Assembly (NCBI GenBank): GCA_020053795.1 | Contig: JAGVMN010000003.1 | Coordinates: forward strand, 4,891 to 68,890 | Length of the DNA stretch: 64,000 nt | Direction: 5' to 3' | Origin: Bacteroidia bacterium | Lineage (GTDB): Bacteria; Bacteroidota; Bacteroidia; NS11-12g; UBA9320 | Shown here: one piece after another, positions 39,295 through 50,302 of the stretch | Numbering within the stretch: the first letter of the stretch is position 1 | Layout: each line of letters starts with the position of its first letter | Notes under the pieces: generated by a model | Told to the model about the DNA's origin: nothing | The model's input: only the letters and a program-made list of their open reading frames with translations | The model's database searches: none | Program-made: the position numbers and the translations under genes

Positions 39295-41169
39295 CTAAAT
39301 CTTTATCAACTTAAAAACTCGAATTTTGAGATTGCAATCTACTTTTAAAAAATAAGTGCCTTTAACGAATGAACCAATATTGAATCTTTGTGGATCAGTC
39401 AAAAATACCTCGCTGAATACCTGCATCCCTAATGCGTTATACATTGTAACAGTTGAACCAATCTCGGCACCTTCAATTGAGAATGAGGATGTAGCAGGAT
39501 TTGGAAAAACAACTGCTTCCCTATCCGTTATGCTTTTTACACCTAAAAGATTACCTATGTATATTGGGAAAATGAAAGTGTCGTTCCCACAATTATTGTA
39601 AGCTATCAGAGTAATGTCATAATCTCCACTATCTAAAAAGGTGTGTATGGGATGTTTTTCTGTTGTACTAACATTGCCATGACCAAAAAACCATTTGAAT
39701 TGATCTGAACCAGTACTTAAATTAGTAAAAGTTACTTTGCCGCCTTTTTTTGTGTAACTAAATATTGAATGAGGCTTGCAATTGTATTTGGCAGCATAGG
39801 GTTTACCCTGATATTGTAATGGAGGGAATACATAAAGATATGGTCCTGGATCATAGTCCGTATTTATGCCAATGAGTCCTGACAGGTATTGATCACCTGT
39901 AGAGGAAGCAAAAAAATTATTATAACCATTAAAAGCTGTTTGACCGGGCTCACTGATGTATGAAATCCATTCAAGACTGTCATTTAATATTGGTCCCCAA
40001 AACCCGATTCTTGGCTTATCAAAATAGTATTTGTTTCCAATGAAGAACTCTAACGGTTCGTTGCTCTGATCAACATCACTTGCATAACCATAGAAATATA
40101 ATTTTCCTTTTTCTGAATTGAAAACCCCTAGCTTTAAAGAATAGTTGGAAGAAAAATATTTTTTACTGACCAACACTCCACTAACCCATTTGGTCAAAGC
40201 GAATTGACTATTATCCAAAAAAGAATGATTCGACAAATAATAAGTTCCAATAGCAGCCTTTGTTATGAGATACAAAGTATCATTGTGGTAAGTTCCCGAT
40301 TCGAGGGTAAAACTACCTTTTACAGTAATAGTGTCCGTTAGGCCGAACAGACCCTCACCAAAAGAGATAATGGAACGAAAGGTACTATCAAAAGGGTATC
40401 TTACAGCATAAGCGACCCAAATTCCTGCATAATCAAAGATGACGGAACCTGTAGAAACTCGGGTTGACCAAAAATCAAACAAGAAATAATTTTTAAGTTG
40501 CATTGTAGCCAAATTTATTTTCAGACCGACAAATTTTTGTTGCTCGTTTGTGGCAAACACAGTATCGGTTTTGTTGGGAATTATATACGGTTGGGATACA
40601 TGAACAACAAAATCGAGTTCCTCATTTCTAATAAAGGATGAAAGGGAAGAAATTACAAAATTTGATCCCAGAAAAAAGTTGCCTTTGTATTCTCCATTCC
40701 GATCATATTTGATTAAGTGATATGCCATTGATCCTGATAATGTACCAATCCAAACCGCGAGCCTTAAAGGATAATTGAAATATAAAGTATCAGAATTTGA
40801 CCGAACAAGGGTAAAAATATCACCGGAGTTATTTTTCCAATTTTTCATGATTTCTTCCTTCCCGCTACCCGCAATTTGTCTATGCCAAATGTATTCCCCC
40901 GATCTGCTTTGCTTAATTAAGAAAGCATCTAAAGAGTTTAGAATCGAGGTATCCCTGTTATCAGAGTTATTTTTGTCTGCGGCAACATCTCCGGAAAATG
41001 AAATATGACCAATGTCTGAATTTGAATCCAACTCTATAAACGTCGCGGAAGCCAGGCTATTAACGGTAAAACTGTTTACGTACTGAAGATTCTGAGCATA
41101 ACAGTCTTGTGTATTATACCCCAAAGTTAATAATACCGTTCCGAAAAGGAATTTGATTTTTTTTGTCAT
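39295..41169 (-). CDS. T9SS cargo with PKD domain and type A CTD
   Basis: Signal peptide, degenerate propeller-like N-terminus, FTNLSTGSDQFKWFFG..STTEKHPIHTF (PKD), VFPNPA...VFKLIKI (CTD). Confidence 0.85.
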   Translation of the reverse strand: MTKKIKFLFGTVLLTLGYNTQDCYAQNLQYVNSFTVNSLASATFIELDSNSDIGHISFSGDVAADKNNSDNRDTSILNSLDAFLIKQSRSGEYIWHRQIAGSGKEEIMKNWKNNSGDIFTLVRSNSDTLYFNYPLRLAVWIGTLSGSMAYHLIKYDRNGEYKGNFFLGSNFVISSLSSFIRNEELDFVVHVSQPYIIPNKTDTVFATNEQQKFVGLKINLATMQLKNYFLFDFWSTRVSTGSVIFDYAGIWVAYAVRYPFDSTFRSIISFGEGLFGLTDTITVKGSFTLESGTYHNDTLYLITKAAIGTYYLSNHSFLDNSQFALTKWVSGVLVSKKYFSSNYSLKLGVFNSEKGKLYFYGYASDVDQSNEPLEFFIGNKYYFDKPRIGFWGPILNDSLEWISYISEPGQTAFNGYNNFFASSTGDQYLSGLIGINTDYDPGPYLYVFPPLQYQGKPYAAKYNCKPHSIFSYTKKGGKVTFTNLSTGSDQFKWFFGHGNVSTTEKHPIHTFLDSGDYDITLIAYNNCGNDTFIFPIYIGNLLGVKSITDREAVVFPNPATSSFSIEGAEIGSTVTMYNALGMQVFSEVFLTDPQRFNIGSFVKGTYFLKVDCNLKIRVFKLIKI

Positions 41170-41187
41170 GGGTAATCCTACCATAGC

Positions 41188-41729
41188 TTAAGTTGAGTAA
41201 CAACAATTTGAATATCTAACGTTAGTTTCCGCACAACAATTCAAACGGCCTTTGAAGTGAACGGGGCCTGTATTATTGTTGTCAACGCATACCCCCGTAG
41301 TTAAATTGCCATTAACTTCTACAACCTTGAAAATATAATTACATCCATTGGCCTGACACAGGCTGTCAAAATCCAATGGAGTACCGGATTGACAAATGAA
41401 CAATTTCTGCACATAAGGCAATGATTTAGTTCCTGGCCGAAGATAATTACATTGATTGCAAGGCGGAGGCGGCACAGGAACGGAAATATTATCCATAACC
41501 ATTCCCAAAAAAACGGGTGTTCCACAATCCTCATAAACTTCTATTTTAACACAACAATCTATGGCATTTTCATAGTCGTAAACACAAGATTGGGCCTGAG
41601 TTTTAGAGTTCAAACTGAAAACAAGTACAACACTAAAAGTAATAAATTTTAAGATAAATTTTTGAGTTTTGAGTTTTGAGTTTTGAGTTTTGAGTTTTGA
41701 GTTTTGAGTTTTGAGTTTTGAGTTTTCAA
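41188..41729 (-). CDS. Secreted 14-Cys protein; out of frame with its TTG start at the present repeat number
   Basis: Body open 41188 to about 41740 but has no usable start before the h-region. TTG at 41729 gives MKTQ...KFILKFITFSVVLVFSLNSKTQA when n = 1, 4, 7 or 10. Confidence 0.7.
41664..41726. repeat. Perfect heptamer SSR (GAGTTTT)9
   Basis: Nine exact copies counted. Confidence 0.97.
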
Positions 41730-41988
41730 AGCTTTTTTTTGGTCAAATTTAATTAATCCGTTGTATTTGTCAAGTAAATTTAGGAATAAAATGCTGGAAT
41801 TTGGTAAATGAGCAACCGATGGTGTTTTATTTGTTCAGCATTTTAAAGTTGGTTGATTATTTTAGTGGATTGTATCCGCCGTATGTAGGGCTCAATTGAC
41901 ATCTTTTTTTTTAGTTAAGATTTCAGTCATTGACTTATGCAGGTTAGATTCAAAAAAAAAGAGGAAAAAGATTTGCCATTTCATTTTA

Positions 41989-42008
41989 TCATCGTAATAT
42001 TGCAATGA
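41989..42008. promoter_or_regulatory. Probable ArsR operator
   Basis: Imperfect palindrome TCATCGTAAT|ATTGCAATGA immediately upstream of arsR. Confidence 0.6.
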
Positions 42009-42012
42009 ATAA

Positions 42013-42357
42013 ATGAGTAAAGAGATGGGAGCCACTAAAACAGATCATTTCAGCGACAAACAAAACCAAATAGCCAACCTGGCCAAAGCCCTTGGGCATC
42101 CGGCAAGAGTAGCCATTATTGAGCATCTGCTGAACGTAAACCAATGTGTTTGTGGTCAATTGGTAGATGAATTGCCGCTGGCCCAACCTACCGTGTCCCA
42201 ACACTTGAAAGAACTAAAAACCGCCGGACTGATCAGTGGCACCATCGAGGGTAACTCGGTCTGCTATTGCATTGATGCCGCGAAGTGGGAGCAATTCAAA
42301 TCTTTGATTAATGAGCTTTTCAACCTGTATGATCCCACAAAGAACCAATGTTGTTGA
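42013..42357 (+). CDS. arsR: ArsR/SmtB family repressor
   Basis: AKALGHPARVAI, CVCG, PLAQPTVSQHLKELK, C-terminal CC. Confidence 0.9.
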   Translation: MSKEMGATKTDHFSDKQNQIANLAKALGHPARVAIIEHLLNVNQCVCGQLVDELPLAQPTVSQHLKELKTAGLISGTIEGNSVCYCIDAAKWEQFKSLINELFNLYDPTKNQCC

Positions 42358-42376
42358 TTGTTAAAACTAAAATAGT

Positions 42377-42868
42377 ATGAAAACAAATCCTTTTCCAAGA
42401 ATGCATGTCAGCTTATATGTCAGCGACATTAAAAGCACCGTTGATTTCTATACCTCCTTTTTCGGGGTAGAGCCCATAAAGGTGAAAAAGGACTATGCCA
42501 AATTTGTGCTCGAAAGACCTTCTCTCATCATCTCCTTTGTCGAGAACAAAGATCGGGTTCATCAAAATTTCGGTCATCTCGGTTTTCAGGTAGAGACAGA
42601 GGAGGAACTAAGCATTAAACTGTGGCAGGCCAAAGTCAAAAATCTGGTAACCAAAGAGGAAACAGGCACCAACTGTTGTTATGCCAGGCAGGATAAATTC
42701 TGGGTATCGGACCCCGATGGTGTTCATTGGGAAGTATATTATTTCCATGAAGATGCACAATTTAACGACCCGCATTACAAGTCAACTGAAGCCTCGGTTT
42801 GCTGCAACCAAGCCGACAAAATCAAAGCAAATCTTGGTGAGTTGACTAAGGAAAAATACTGTTACTGA
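42377..42868 (+). CDS. ArsI/CadI family VOC metalloenzyme (C-As lyase-like)
   Basis: RMHVSL, HLGFQV, vicinal TNCCYARQDKFWVSDPDG..WE. Confidence 0.85.
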   Translation: MKTNPFPRMHVSLYVSDIKSTVDFYTSFFGVEPIKVKKDYAKFVLERPSLIISFVENKDRVHQNFGHLGFQVETEEELSIKLWQAKVKNLVTKEETGTNCCYARQDKFWVSDPDGVHWEVYYFHEDAQFNDPHYKSTEASVCCNQADKIKANLGELTKEKYCY

Positions 42869-43281
42869 TGAAAAAGGTATTGGTGCTTTGTACCGGAAAC
42901 AGTTGTCGCAGTCAGATGGCTGAAGGCTACCTACGGCAATTTGCCAAAGACAAAGCCGAATTATTTAGTGCCGGAATAGAAGCACACGGATTGAACCCGA
43001 TGGCCGAACGGGTAATGGGCGAAGTTGGCATAGACATTTCCGGTCAAACCTCTGATGTAATTGACAAATTTGCCTTGGAACGTTTTGACTTTGTGATCAC
43101 CGTTTGCGACAACGCCAGAGAAAAATGCCCTTGTTTTCCGGGAGGAGTCATACACTTGCATCAGAATTTTCCTGATCCCGCTAAAGCGAAAGGGACCTCG
43201 GAGGAAATCAGACAAGCTTTTCGGGAAGTCAGGGATGAGATAAAAGAATTTTGCCGTGCGTTTGTTGAATCTCAATTGTAA
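42868..43281 (+). CDS. arsC: Arsenate reductase, thioredoxin-coupled (LMW-PTP fold)
   Basis: LCTGNSCRSQMAEG, ITVCD, CPCFPG, DPA. Confidence 0.9.
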   Translation: MKKVLVLCTGNSCRSQMAEGYLRQFAKDKAELFSAGIEAHGLNPMAERVMGEVGIDISGQTSDVIDKFALERFDFVITVCDNAREKCPCFPGGVIHLHQNFPDPAKAKGTSEEIRQAFREVRDEIKEFCRAFVESQL

Positions 43282-43346
43282 GGTCATACTAAGAAAAGAC
43301 AATCCGGCAATCATATTTTTTATTTTATTTGCTTCAAATAAGTCTG

Positions 43347-44939
43347 ATGGATCATTCACTGTTTTTAATATTGACAATTTTGTTGTCGCTGTTTCCCGAT
43401 TTTCTTTTAGCCCAAAAACCTGCAAGAGTGGACAAAGGAGGAAATAATCCAAATGAAACAACCATTGTCATCAACCCGAAATCTCCGAATTTTGTCACAG
43501 GAGCCAGCAATATCAACATCCTTTACCTGTCATCAGACAGCGGAAAAACCTGGACTGAAACCACAGCCACCACCTCTTTGGGAATTTATGGCGACCCCGT
43601 TTTGATCAACGATAAAAACGGAAAAATCTACTTCGCACATTTGTCAAAGAATCTCCGGAAGACCGGTTACAATAGTTTGGATAAAATCGTGGTTCAATTC
43701 AGCGAGGACTATGGAAAAACATTTTCAGATGGCGTAGGCATCGGCTTCAATCAGGATAAGATGCAGGACAAGCCCTGGATGAGTCTGGATGAATTCGACG
43801 GATCACCTTTCTATGGCAACTTATACATTAGTTGGACGGAGTTTGACAAATATGGCAGTAAAGACCCAAAAGATAGTAGTCGTATCAGATTCTCCAGGTC
43901 TTCCGATGGCGGTAAGACTTTTTCAGAAGCAATAACCGTTTCCGACAAAACCGGAGATTGTCTGGATAGTGACAATACCCCTGAAGGGGTCACCACTGCT
44001 GCATTGCCCGATGGAACGATTTGCATAACCTGGTCAGCTTTTGGATCTATTTGGATGGACCGCTCAACAGATGGCGGCAAAACTTGGGGGAAAGATCAGG
44101 CTATTGCCTCACAAGTGGGTGGGTGGGATATGGACATTGAGCATATATACCGAAGCAATGGATTCCCCTTTTTGGTAAGTGATCGTTCCGGTGGGCCTCA
44201 TCTCGGAAGGCTTTACATGCTTTGGGGAGACAAAAGACTTGGCGATGCCGATGTCTGGCATATTTACTCTGACGATGCCGGAAATACATGGAGCTCTCCA
44301 ATAAGAGTGCATAAAGATGCCGAATCTAATGGTAAAGACCAATTTCTGGGGCATATAGCAGTTGATCCTTCAAGCGGATATATTTATACGATTTTTTATG
44401 ACCGACGGCATTCGGCCAACAATGTTTTTATGGATACATATCTGGCATGGAGTGAAGACGGCGGACAATCGTTCCGGAACAAGAGACTGACTGCTCATTC
44501 TTTTGCTCCGCCAGGAACGAAAATATTCTTCGGGGATTACATTGGAATTGCCGCTCAACAGAACCTGATCGTGCCGCTTTGGACTGAGTATCATGCTGAT
44601 TTAATGCTTTTTAGTCAGGCATTGAATTTCAAAAATCTTTCCGAAAAGGTCGCAACAGATACAGCATTCATAATTTATATTGATCAGAAGAACGGTTTAA
44701 TTGCCCTTCATTATACTGATAAAGTAGTAGGAATGATAATTACAAAAACATGGCGATTTTCCAGAATTTTTGGCAAGCGAAAAAAATCCAGAGTTGAGAC
44801 ATTATGCTGCGAAGAAAATGAGTTGGTCTTTAGATTCAAAAAGAACAGGCACTGCAAAATCAAGATTGATCTTTATTCGGAAATCACACATGCAAGGCAC
44901 AGCGTCAGGATGGAAAATTCAAAACTATCGAAACCATAA
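43347..44939 (+). CDS. BNR/Asp-box beta-propeller (sialidase-like glycoside hydrolase family)
   Basis: Signal peptide, repeated SxDxGKTW/F Asp boxes, FFGDYIGI. Confidence 0.8.
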   Translation: MDHSLFLILTILLSLFPDFLLAQKPARVDKGGNNPNETTIVINPKSPNFVTGASNINILYLSSDSGKTWTETTATTSLGIYGDPVLINDKNGKIYFAHLSKNLRKTGYNSLDKIVVQFSEDYGKTFSDGVGIGFNQDKMQDKPWMSLDEFDGSPFYGNLYISWTEFDKYGSKDPKDSSRIRFSRSSDGGKTFSEAITVSDKTGDCLDSDNTPEGVTTAALPDGTICITWSAFGSIWMDRSTDGGKTWGKDQAIASQVGGWDMDIEHIYRSNGFPFLVSDRSGGPHLGRLYMLWGDKRLGDADVWHIYSDDAGNTWSSPIRVHKDAESNGKDQFLGHIAVDPSSGYIYTIFYDRRHSANNVFMDTYLAWSEDGGQSFRNKRLTAHSFAPPGTKIFFGDYIGIAAQQNLIVPLWTEYHADLMLFSQALNFKNLSEKVATDTAFIIYIDQKNGLIALHYTDKVVGMIITKTWRFSRIFGKRKKSRVETLCCEENELVFRFKKNRHCKIKIDLYSEITHARHSVRMENSKLSKP

Positions 44940-45042
44940 AATGGCTATTTCTTGTTATCAGTTTTTTTTATTCGATTAAATAAAGCTTGCTTTGATTTTT
45001 CGGGGCAAAAAAACTTAATTTGCAGACTTTATTTTTTAGCGG

Positions 45043-47166
45043 ATGGCTGTTATTCAAAAAATTCAAAAACAAACGGGTTGCTTATTGCTGCTCATAGGTG
45101 CGGCAATGGTTGCCTTTGTACTAACCGACCTCATCAGTTCACGAAATTCCATATTCGGAAATGTTGATAATACCATTGGAGAAATCAGGGGAGAAAAGAT
45201 AGACTATAACATCTTTGAACAGAACTATAATGAACTGCTCAAGCAAATGAAAATTGGGAATCCTGAGGCAGAAATAACTGAGGAAATCCGGGAGTCATAT
45301 CGTGAACAGGCATGGAATATGATTATTCAGGAAAAAATCATAAAAAAAGAGCACGATGTATTAGGAATAACTGTTTCGGGCAAGGAATTGGCAGATATTA
45401 CAGTTGGAGCGAATGTGCATCAGAGAATTCAACAAGCTTTTACGAATCAGGAAACCCAACTATTCGACAGGGCACGCCTCGTTAAATTCATTCAGGAAGA
45501 TATTGAGGCAGACGAAGAAATGAAGTATAAATGGATCAATTTTTTTGAATTACCACTGAAAGAAGAGTTGATGGGGCAGAAGTACTCTGTGCTGATAAAA
45601 AGTGCGATTTATGTTAATAAACTTGACGCAATCGTTGAAGATGAGGAAAACACAAAAGCATTATCCGGTCAGGTTGCTGGTTTGCAATATAATACCTTGT
45701 CAGACAGTGCGGTTAAATATGACGACCGTGATTTGAAGTCATATTTTAACAAGAATAAAGATGAATTTAAGCACGAGGCCTCTTCTGATATTGAGTTCGT
45801 TTTGTTTGATGTAATCCCAACCCGTAAGGACACCCTGGACGCCCAACGCTGGACTCAGGACAATATCGAAAAATTAAAAAACGCTAAAGATGATTCAGTA
45901 TTTGTTGATATCATGGGGTCAGAAACCCCGTTCGATCCCTCATTCAAAGCAAGGGGTAATTTTCCGGAAGAGGTGGATGACTTGATTTTTGTCTCTGATT
46001 CAGGAACCATTATTGGACCCAATTATAAAGATGGGGTTTTTACTACTTATAAAGTTTCGAAAGTTTCGAGTGACAGTTTCTTTTCAATAAGAGCAAGTCA
46101 TATTTTGACATTTGCCAAAGGCGGAACAACTGCAGATACCCTTAATGCCGAAAATGAAGCAAGGAAGGTTCTGGCAGAAATCAGGTCTGGCAAAAAAACA
46201 TTTGAAGAAATTGCAAGAAATAATATTGACCCCACGGCATCCAAAGGTGGCGATTTGGGTTGGTTAAGAGAAAAAGATGATAAAATGCCTGAGAAGTTCA
46301 TGAGTGAACTCCTTCGTCACAATATGGGAGACTACTTTGTGGTGAGCACATCATTAGGAACACATTTGGTAAAGGTTACGGCAAATAAATCAAAAAGGAC
46401 GGCTCAGGTAGCCATAATGACAAAAACCATTGAAGCGAGTTCCGAAACGGATAAAGAAGCCTATAGGAAAGCTGGAGAATTGGCCTCACTCGCCCAACAG
46501 GAAAAAGACTTTGAGAAGTTGGCTGAATCTAAAAAATATGCTAAGAATGTTGCCGAAAAAATAAAAGAAAAGGACCGTAACATACCGGGAGTAAAGAATG
46601 CAGCACCGATTATCAGATGGCTCTTTGACGAGGAAACTAAAAAGGGCAGCGTTTCAGAGGTGTTAGAGGTTGATAATAAATATGTAGTGGTGAAATGTTC
46701 TGCCAAAAGAAAAGAGGGATATCCTAAACTTGAAGAAGTGAAAGATCAGATTATTCAATCGGTTATAAAGGAGAAAAAAGGCGTGATATTGGAAGAAAAA
46801 GTGAAGAAGGCATTAGCAAAATCTAAAACAATGGCAGATTTGGCTGCGGCACTAAATACCGATCTTCAGGAGATACCTAACCAAAATTTTAAGAATAACT
46901 ATGTTCCTTCCGTTGGAAATGATTCGAAAGTTCTGGCAACCATATTTGCTGTCAAGCATAAGCAATTTTCACCGGCAATAATTAGTGATAACGGGGTCTT
47001 TGTGGTTTGGGTTCATGGTGAGATTGCCGCTCAAAACCCTAATATGGACATACCGGGTCTTCAACGGTCATTGATGGAAAATTATAAATCAAGAATGGAA
47101 GGGCAAGTCCTTGAAGCTCTGAAGGCCACTGGCAAAATCAAAGATTATCGCTACAAGTATTTGTAA
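45043..47166 (+). CDS. PpiD/SurA-like peptidylprolyl isomerase
   Basis: MAVIQKIQ N-terminal anchor, SurA_N-like domain, parvulin motifs (ASHIL, GGDLGW, TSLGTHLVKV). Confidence 0.88.
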   Translation: MAVIQKIQKQTGCLLLLIGAAMVAFVLTDLISSRNSIFGNVDNTIGEIRGEKIDYNIFEQNYNELLKQMKIGNPEAEITEEIRESYREQAWNMIIQEKIIKKEHDVLGITVSGKELADITVGANVHQRIQQAFTNQETQLFDRARLVKFIQEDIEADEEMKYKWINFFELPLKEELMGQKYSVLIKSAIYVNKLDAIVEDEENTKALSGQVAGLQYNTLSDSAVKYDDRDLKSYFNKNKDEFKHEASSDIEFVLFDVIPTRKDTLDAQRWTQDNIEKLKNAKDDSVFVDIMGSETPFDPSFKARGNFPEEVDDLIFVSDSGTIIGPNYKDGVFTTYKVSKVSSDSFFSIRASHILTFAKGGTTADTLNAENEARKVLAEIRSGKKTFEEIARNNIDPTASKGGDLGWLREKDDKMPEKFMSELLRHNMGDYFVVSTSLGTHLVKVTANKSKRTAQVAIMTKTIEASSETDKEAYRKAGELASLAQQEKDFEKLAESKKYAKNVAEKIKEKDRNIPGVKNAAPIIRWLFDEETKKGSVSEVLEVDNKYVVVKCSAKRKEGYPKLEEVKDQIIQSVIKEKKGVILEEKVKKALAKSKTMADLAAALNTDLQEIPNQNFKNNYVPSVGNDSKVLATIFAVKHKQFSPAIISDNGVFVVWVHGEIAAQNPNMDIPGLQRSLMENYKSRMEGQVLEALKATGKIKDYRYKYL

Positions 47167-47200
47167 ATAGCCTCATCTTGTCGTTGAAATTTTGATTGAA

Positions 47201-48007
47201 ATGTTTTCAAAACACAAGGATGTGTCGTTTTTTTCAAAAGGCGAAACAGGGATATGGGTCGTTTTTTTGCATGGCTTTTGTGAGCGAAGCACTTTGTGGA
47301 AGCCAATAGAACCTTATTTACCTGCAAACTTCCGTTACCTTTTCATTGATCTTCCCGGCTTTGGAAATTCAAATGCAGTCGCAGCCGGTTCAATTCTTGA
47401 AATGGCAGAGACCGTTCGGGAAATTCTCAGAATCTTGAAAATCAATGAGGCCATATTTGTTGGACATTCTATGGGAGGTTATGTTTCTCTGCAATTGGCC
47501 AAAGAGATAAATTCTCCGGTTAGAGCTCTGGCCCTTGTTCATTCAACTGCATCTTCAGATAATGATAAAAAGAAGGCAAACCGGTTAAAAACCATTTCAT
47601 TTTTAGAAAAGAATCCTTTGCAAGCTTTTTTAAAGGTATTTGTGGAGGGACTCTTCAATCCTCAGAATTTGGGTAATAAGGAAATGGTTCACATGGCAAA
47701 CGAACTTGTTTCACAAAATACGGTCGAAGGGGTAATGGCTGGTCTTAATGCAATGATGAATCGTTCCGACAGCTATGATTGGTTGGCAGCTACCAACATT
47801 CCTATCATGATATTGGCCGGTCGGCATGATGGGCTGGTGGGAATCAACAAATCAATACACGAAGCATCTTTGTGTAAACGATGTATGTTGCACATATTAG
47901 AAAACTCCGGCCATCTGGGTTTCTTTGAAGAAACTTCCTTATGTGGCCAATACCTCAATGCTTTTATTCTTTGGGTGGAGCGTCAGCAACCTGTCCAGCG
48001 TCAATAG
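47201..48007 (+). CDS. Alpha/beta hydrolase
   Basis: FLHGF, IDLPGFG, GHSMGG nucleophile elbow, D and H (SGHLG) triad residues. Confidence 0.88.
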   Translation: MFSKHKDVSFFSKGETGIWVVFLHGFCERSTLWKPIEPYLPANFRYLFIDLPGFGNSNAVAAGSILEMAETVREILRILKINEAIFVGHSMGGYVSLQLAKEINSPVRALALVHSTASSDNDKKKANRLKTISFLEKNPLQAFLKVFVEGLFNPQNLGNKEMVHMANELVSQNTVEGVMAGLNAMMNRSDSYDWLAATNIPIMILAGRHDGLVGINKSIHEASLCKRCMLHILENSGHLGFFEETSLCGQYLNAFILWVERQQPVQRQ

Positions 48008-50099
48008 CCGGTTCAAGTATCGGCACATTGGCCGGTTCCTGATCCAATGCCGTCTGTTCTTCGGTTTGGTCTGTCGTATCATCCATATATTCCTCAACTG
48101 TTGTCTTGGCCTCAAATGGACGTTTTCCAATGAGTTTTTCCAAATCAGCCTGAAAGAGTATTTCGGTTTTCAGCAATTCCTGAGCTAATACTTCAACCTT
48201 GTCACGCTTGTCGGCCATCAATTTTTTGGTCCGCTCGTATGCTTCAGAAATCAACTGTCTCACCTCTTCATCAATCATTTGGGAAGTGCTTTCGCTGTAT
48301 GGTTTACCGAGGCCAAATTCGTTTTCGTTGTCATTGAAAGAAACGTTTCCTATGCGGTGATTCATTCCGTAAACAGTCACCATTGCATATGCCATTTTAG
48401 TAATTCGTTCCAAATCGTTTTGTGCTCCGGTGCTAATTTTACCAAAACAAACTTCCTCAGCAGCACGTCCCCCAAGGGTCATACACATGGCATCAAATAA
48501 TTGTTCGGTCCGGTAGAGGTATTGTTCCTTGGGAAGATATTGGGCATAACCCAAAGCAGCCACCCCTCTTGGGACTATTGATACCTTTACCAAAGGATCT
48601 GCATGCTCCAGAAACCATCCGGCCACTGCATGCCCGGCTTCATGATAGGCTACAATTTTTTTTTCTTCCGGAGAAATCAGTTTATTTTTCTTTTCAAGTC
48701 CACCGATGACTCTGTCAACGGCATCCTGAAAATCTATCATATCAATTTTATTTTTACCTTTTCGTGCAGCTATCAAAGCGGCTTCATTACATACGTTGGC
48801 TATTTCCGCACCGGCAAAACCCGGGGTTTGTGTAGAGAGTTTTTTTGGATCAATGTCGTCACCTTTTTTCAAAGGCAAAAGATGGACTCTGAAGATTTCT
48901 TCCCTTCCCTTCAAATCTGGTTTGTCAATTGAAATTTGTCGGTCGAACCTTCCGGGCCTCAATAGGGCAGGATCCAATATGTCCGGACGGTTTGTGGCCG
49001 CCAGAATGATAACACCTTTGTCTGTTTGAAATCCGTCCATCTCGGTGAGCAACTGATTCAGGGTGCTTTCTCTTTCATCATTCGACCCTTGCATCATTGA
49101 TCTGCCGCGGGCTCGCCCGACCGCATCAATTTCATCAATAAAAATGATACAAGGTGCTTTTTCTTTTGCCTGACGAAAAAGGTCGCGAACACGGCTTGCA
49201 CCAACGCCAACAAACATTTCCACGAAGTCGGAACCTGAAAGTGAAAAGAATGGAACATTAGCTTCACCGGCAACGGCTTTAGCCATTAATGTTTTACCGG
49301 TTCCAGGTGGGCCTATGAGCAAAGCACCTTTTGGTATTTTTCCACCCAGATCGGAATATTTTTTTGGATTCTTCAGAAAGTCCACAATCTCCATCACTTC
49401 AACCTTTGCCTCATCGAGACCGGCTACATCTTTGAAAGTAACACTCACTTTGGTATCTTTTTCAAATAGCTGGGCTTTTGATTTTCCGATATTGAATATT
49501 TGTCCGGCACCACCGGCACCACCGCCGCCCATACGCCTCAGAACCAAAAACCAAAAACCAACAAACAGGGCGATGAGAATAAGCCAATTGACCAACCCGT
49601 CATAATTTTTTTCACGAATCGTATCAACAACCACTTTTTGTTGAAGTGATAAATCCTTTTGAACATCGGAAATATTTTGTTCAAAAGTTTTGTAATCACC
49701 AATGTCACTCATGAAATAAACCGGGGCATCACCTACCGTAAGGATACTTCTGTCCCTAATATTTTTTTTGTGTTCTTCTGATGCGAGTGCTTGTTCGGTG
49801 AGGTAAATCTGTGCTTTTTCACGGTTGATAACCACAATCTTTTTGACCTCACCCTTTTGAACCATCTCCATGAGTTCTTTCATAGATACAGGCTTTCCCT
49901 GTTCGGATGAGAAAAACATGGTTGCCAATAAGAAAACTGCTAATATGACATATATCCAATAGAAATTGAATTTAGGACCCTCGCCTTTTTTACGGCCGCC
50001 ATCGGTTCCTGGATTAGTATTTTGATCTGGCTTGTTTTCGTTGTCTTTCTTAAACACAACGGGTTTCTTCTTTCCTTTTTTAGGAGTATTTTCTGACAT
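47964..50099 (-). CDS. ftsH: ATP-dependent zinc metalloprotease FtsH
   Basis: Two TM segments, [21 protein letters not shown]. Confidence 0.97.
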   Translation of the reverse strand: MSENTPKKGKKKPVVFKKDNENKPDQNTNPGTDGGRKKGEGPKFNFYWIYVILAVFLLATMFFSSEQGKPVSMKELMEMVQKGEVKKIVVINREKAQIYLTEQALASEEHKKNIRDRSILTVGDAPVYFMSDIGDYKTFEQNISDVQKDLSLQQKVVVDTIREKNYDGLVNWLILIALFVGFWFLVLRRMGGGGAGGAGQIFNIGKSKAQLFEKDTKVSVTFKDVAGLDEAKVEVMEIVDFLKNPKKYSDLGGKIPKGALLIGPPGTGKTLMAKAVAGEANVPFFSLSGSDFVEMFVGVGASRVRDLFRQAKEKAPCIIFIDEIDAVGRARGRSMMQGSNDERESTLNQLLTEMDGFQTDKGVIILAATNRPDILDPALLRPGRFDRQISIDKPDLKGREEIFRVHLLPLKKGDDIDPKKLSTQTPGFAGAEIANVCNEAALIAARKGKNKIDMIDFQDAVDRVIGGLEKKNKLISPEEKKIVAYHEAGHAVAGWFLEHADPLVKVSIVPRGVAALGYAQYLPKEQYLYRTEQLFDAMCMTLGGRAAEEVCFGKISTGAQNDLERITKMAYAMVTVYGMNHRIGNVSFNDNENEFGLGKPYSESTSQMIDEEVRQLISEAYERTKKLMADKRDKVEVLAQELLKTEILFQADLEKLIGKRPFEAKTTVEEYMDDTTDQTEEQTALDQEPANVPILEPAIDAGQVADAPPKE

Positions 50100-50302
50100 G
50101 CTGATGAATAGAGTTCAAAGATATGGATTCCGATTGTCAATGGCTATGCCAAAAACGGTTTGGGCAATTTATGACAACTTACTGCCATTTGAAACAAATT
50201 TGCCGCTTTTTTGATTTAAAAAATTGGAATGCCGCTTTCAAAACCATTCCTGTTTGATTCATATTTCCTATAACTTTGCCGACACAGCGAATAAGCAGAT
50301 TT

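Noticed and set aside
47964-48007. 44-bp convergent overlap of ftsH and the alpha/beta hydrolase
   Set aside because: It involves only low-complexity C-terminal tails; such overlaps are common.
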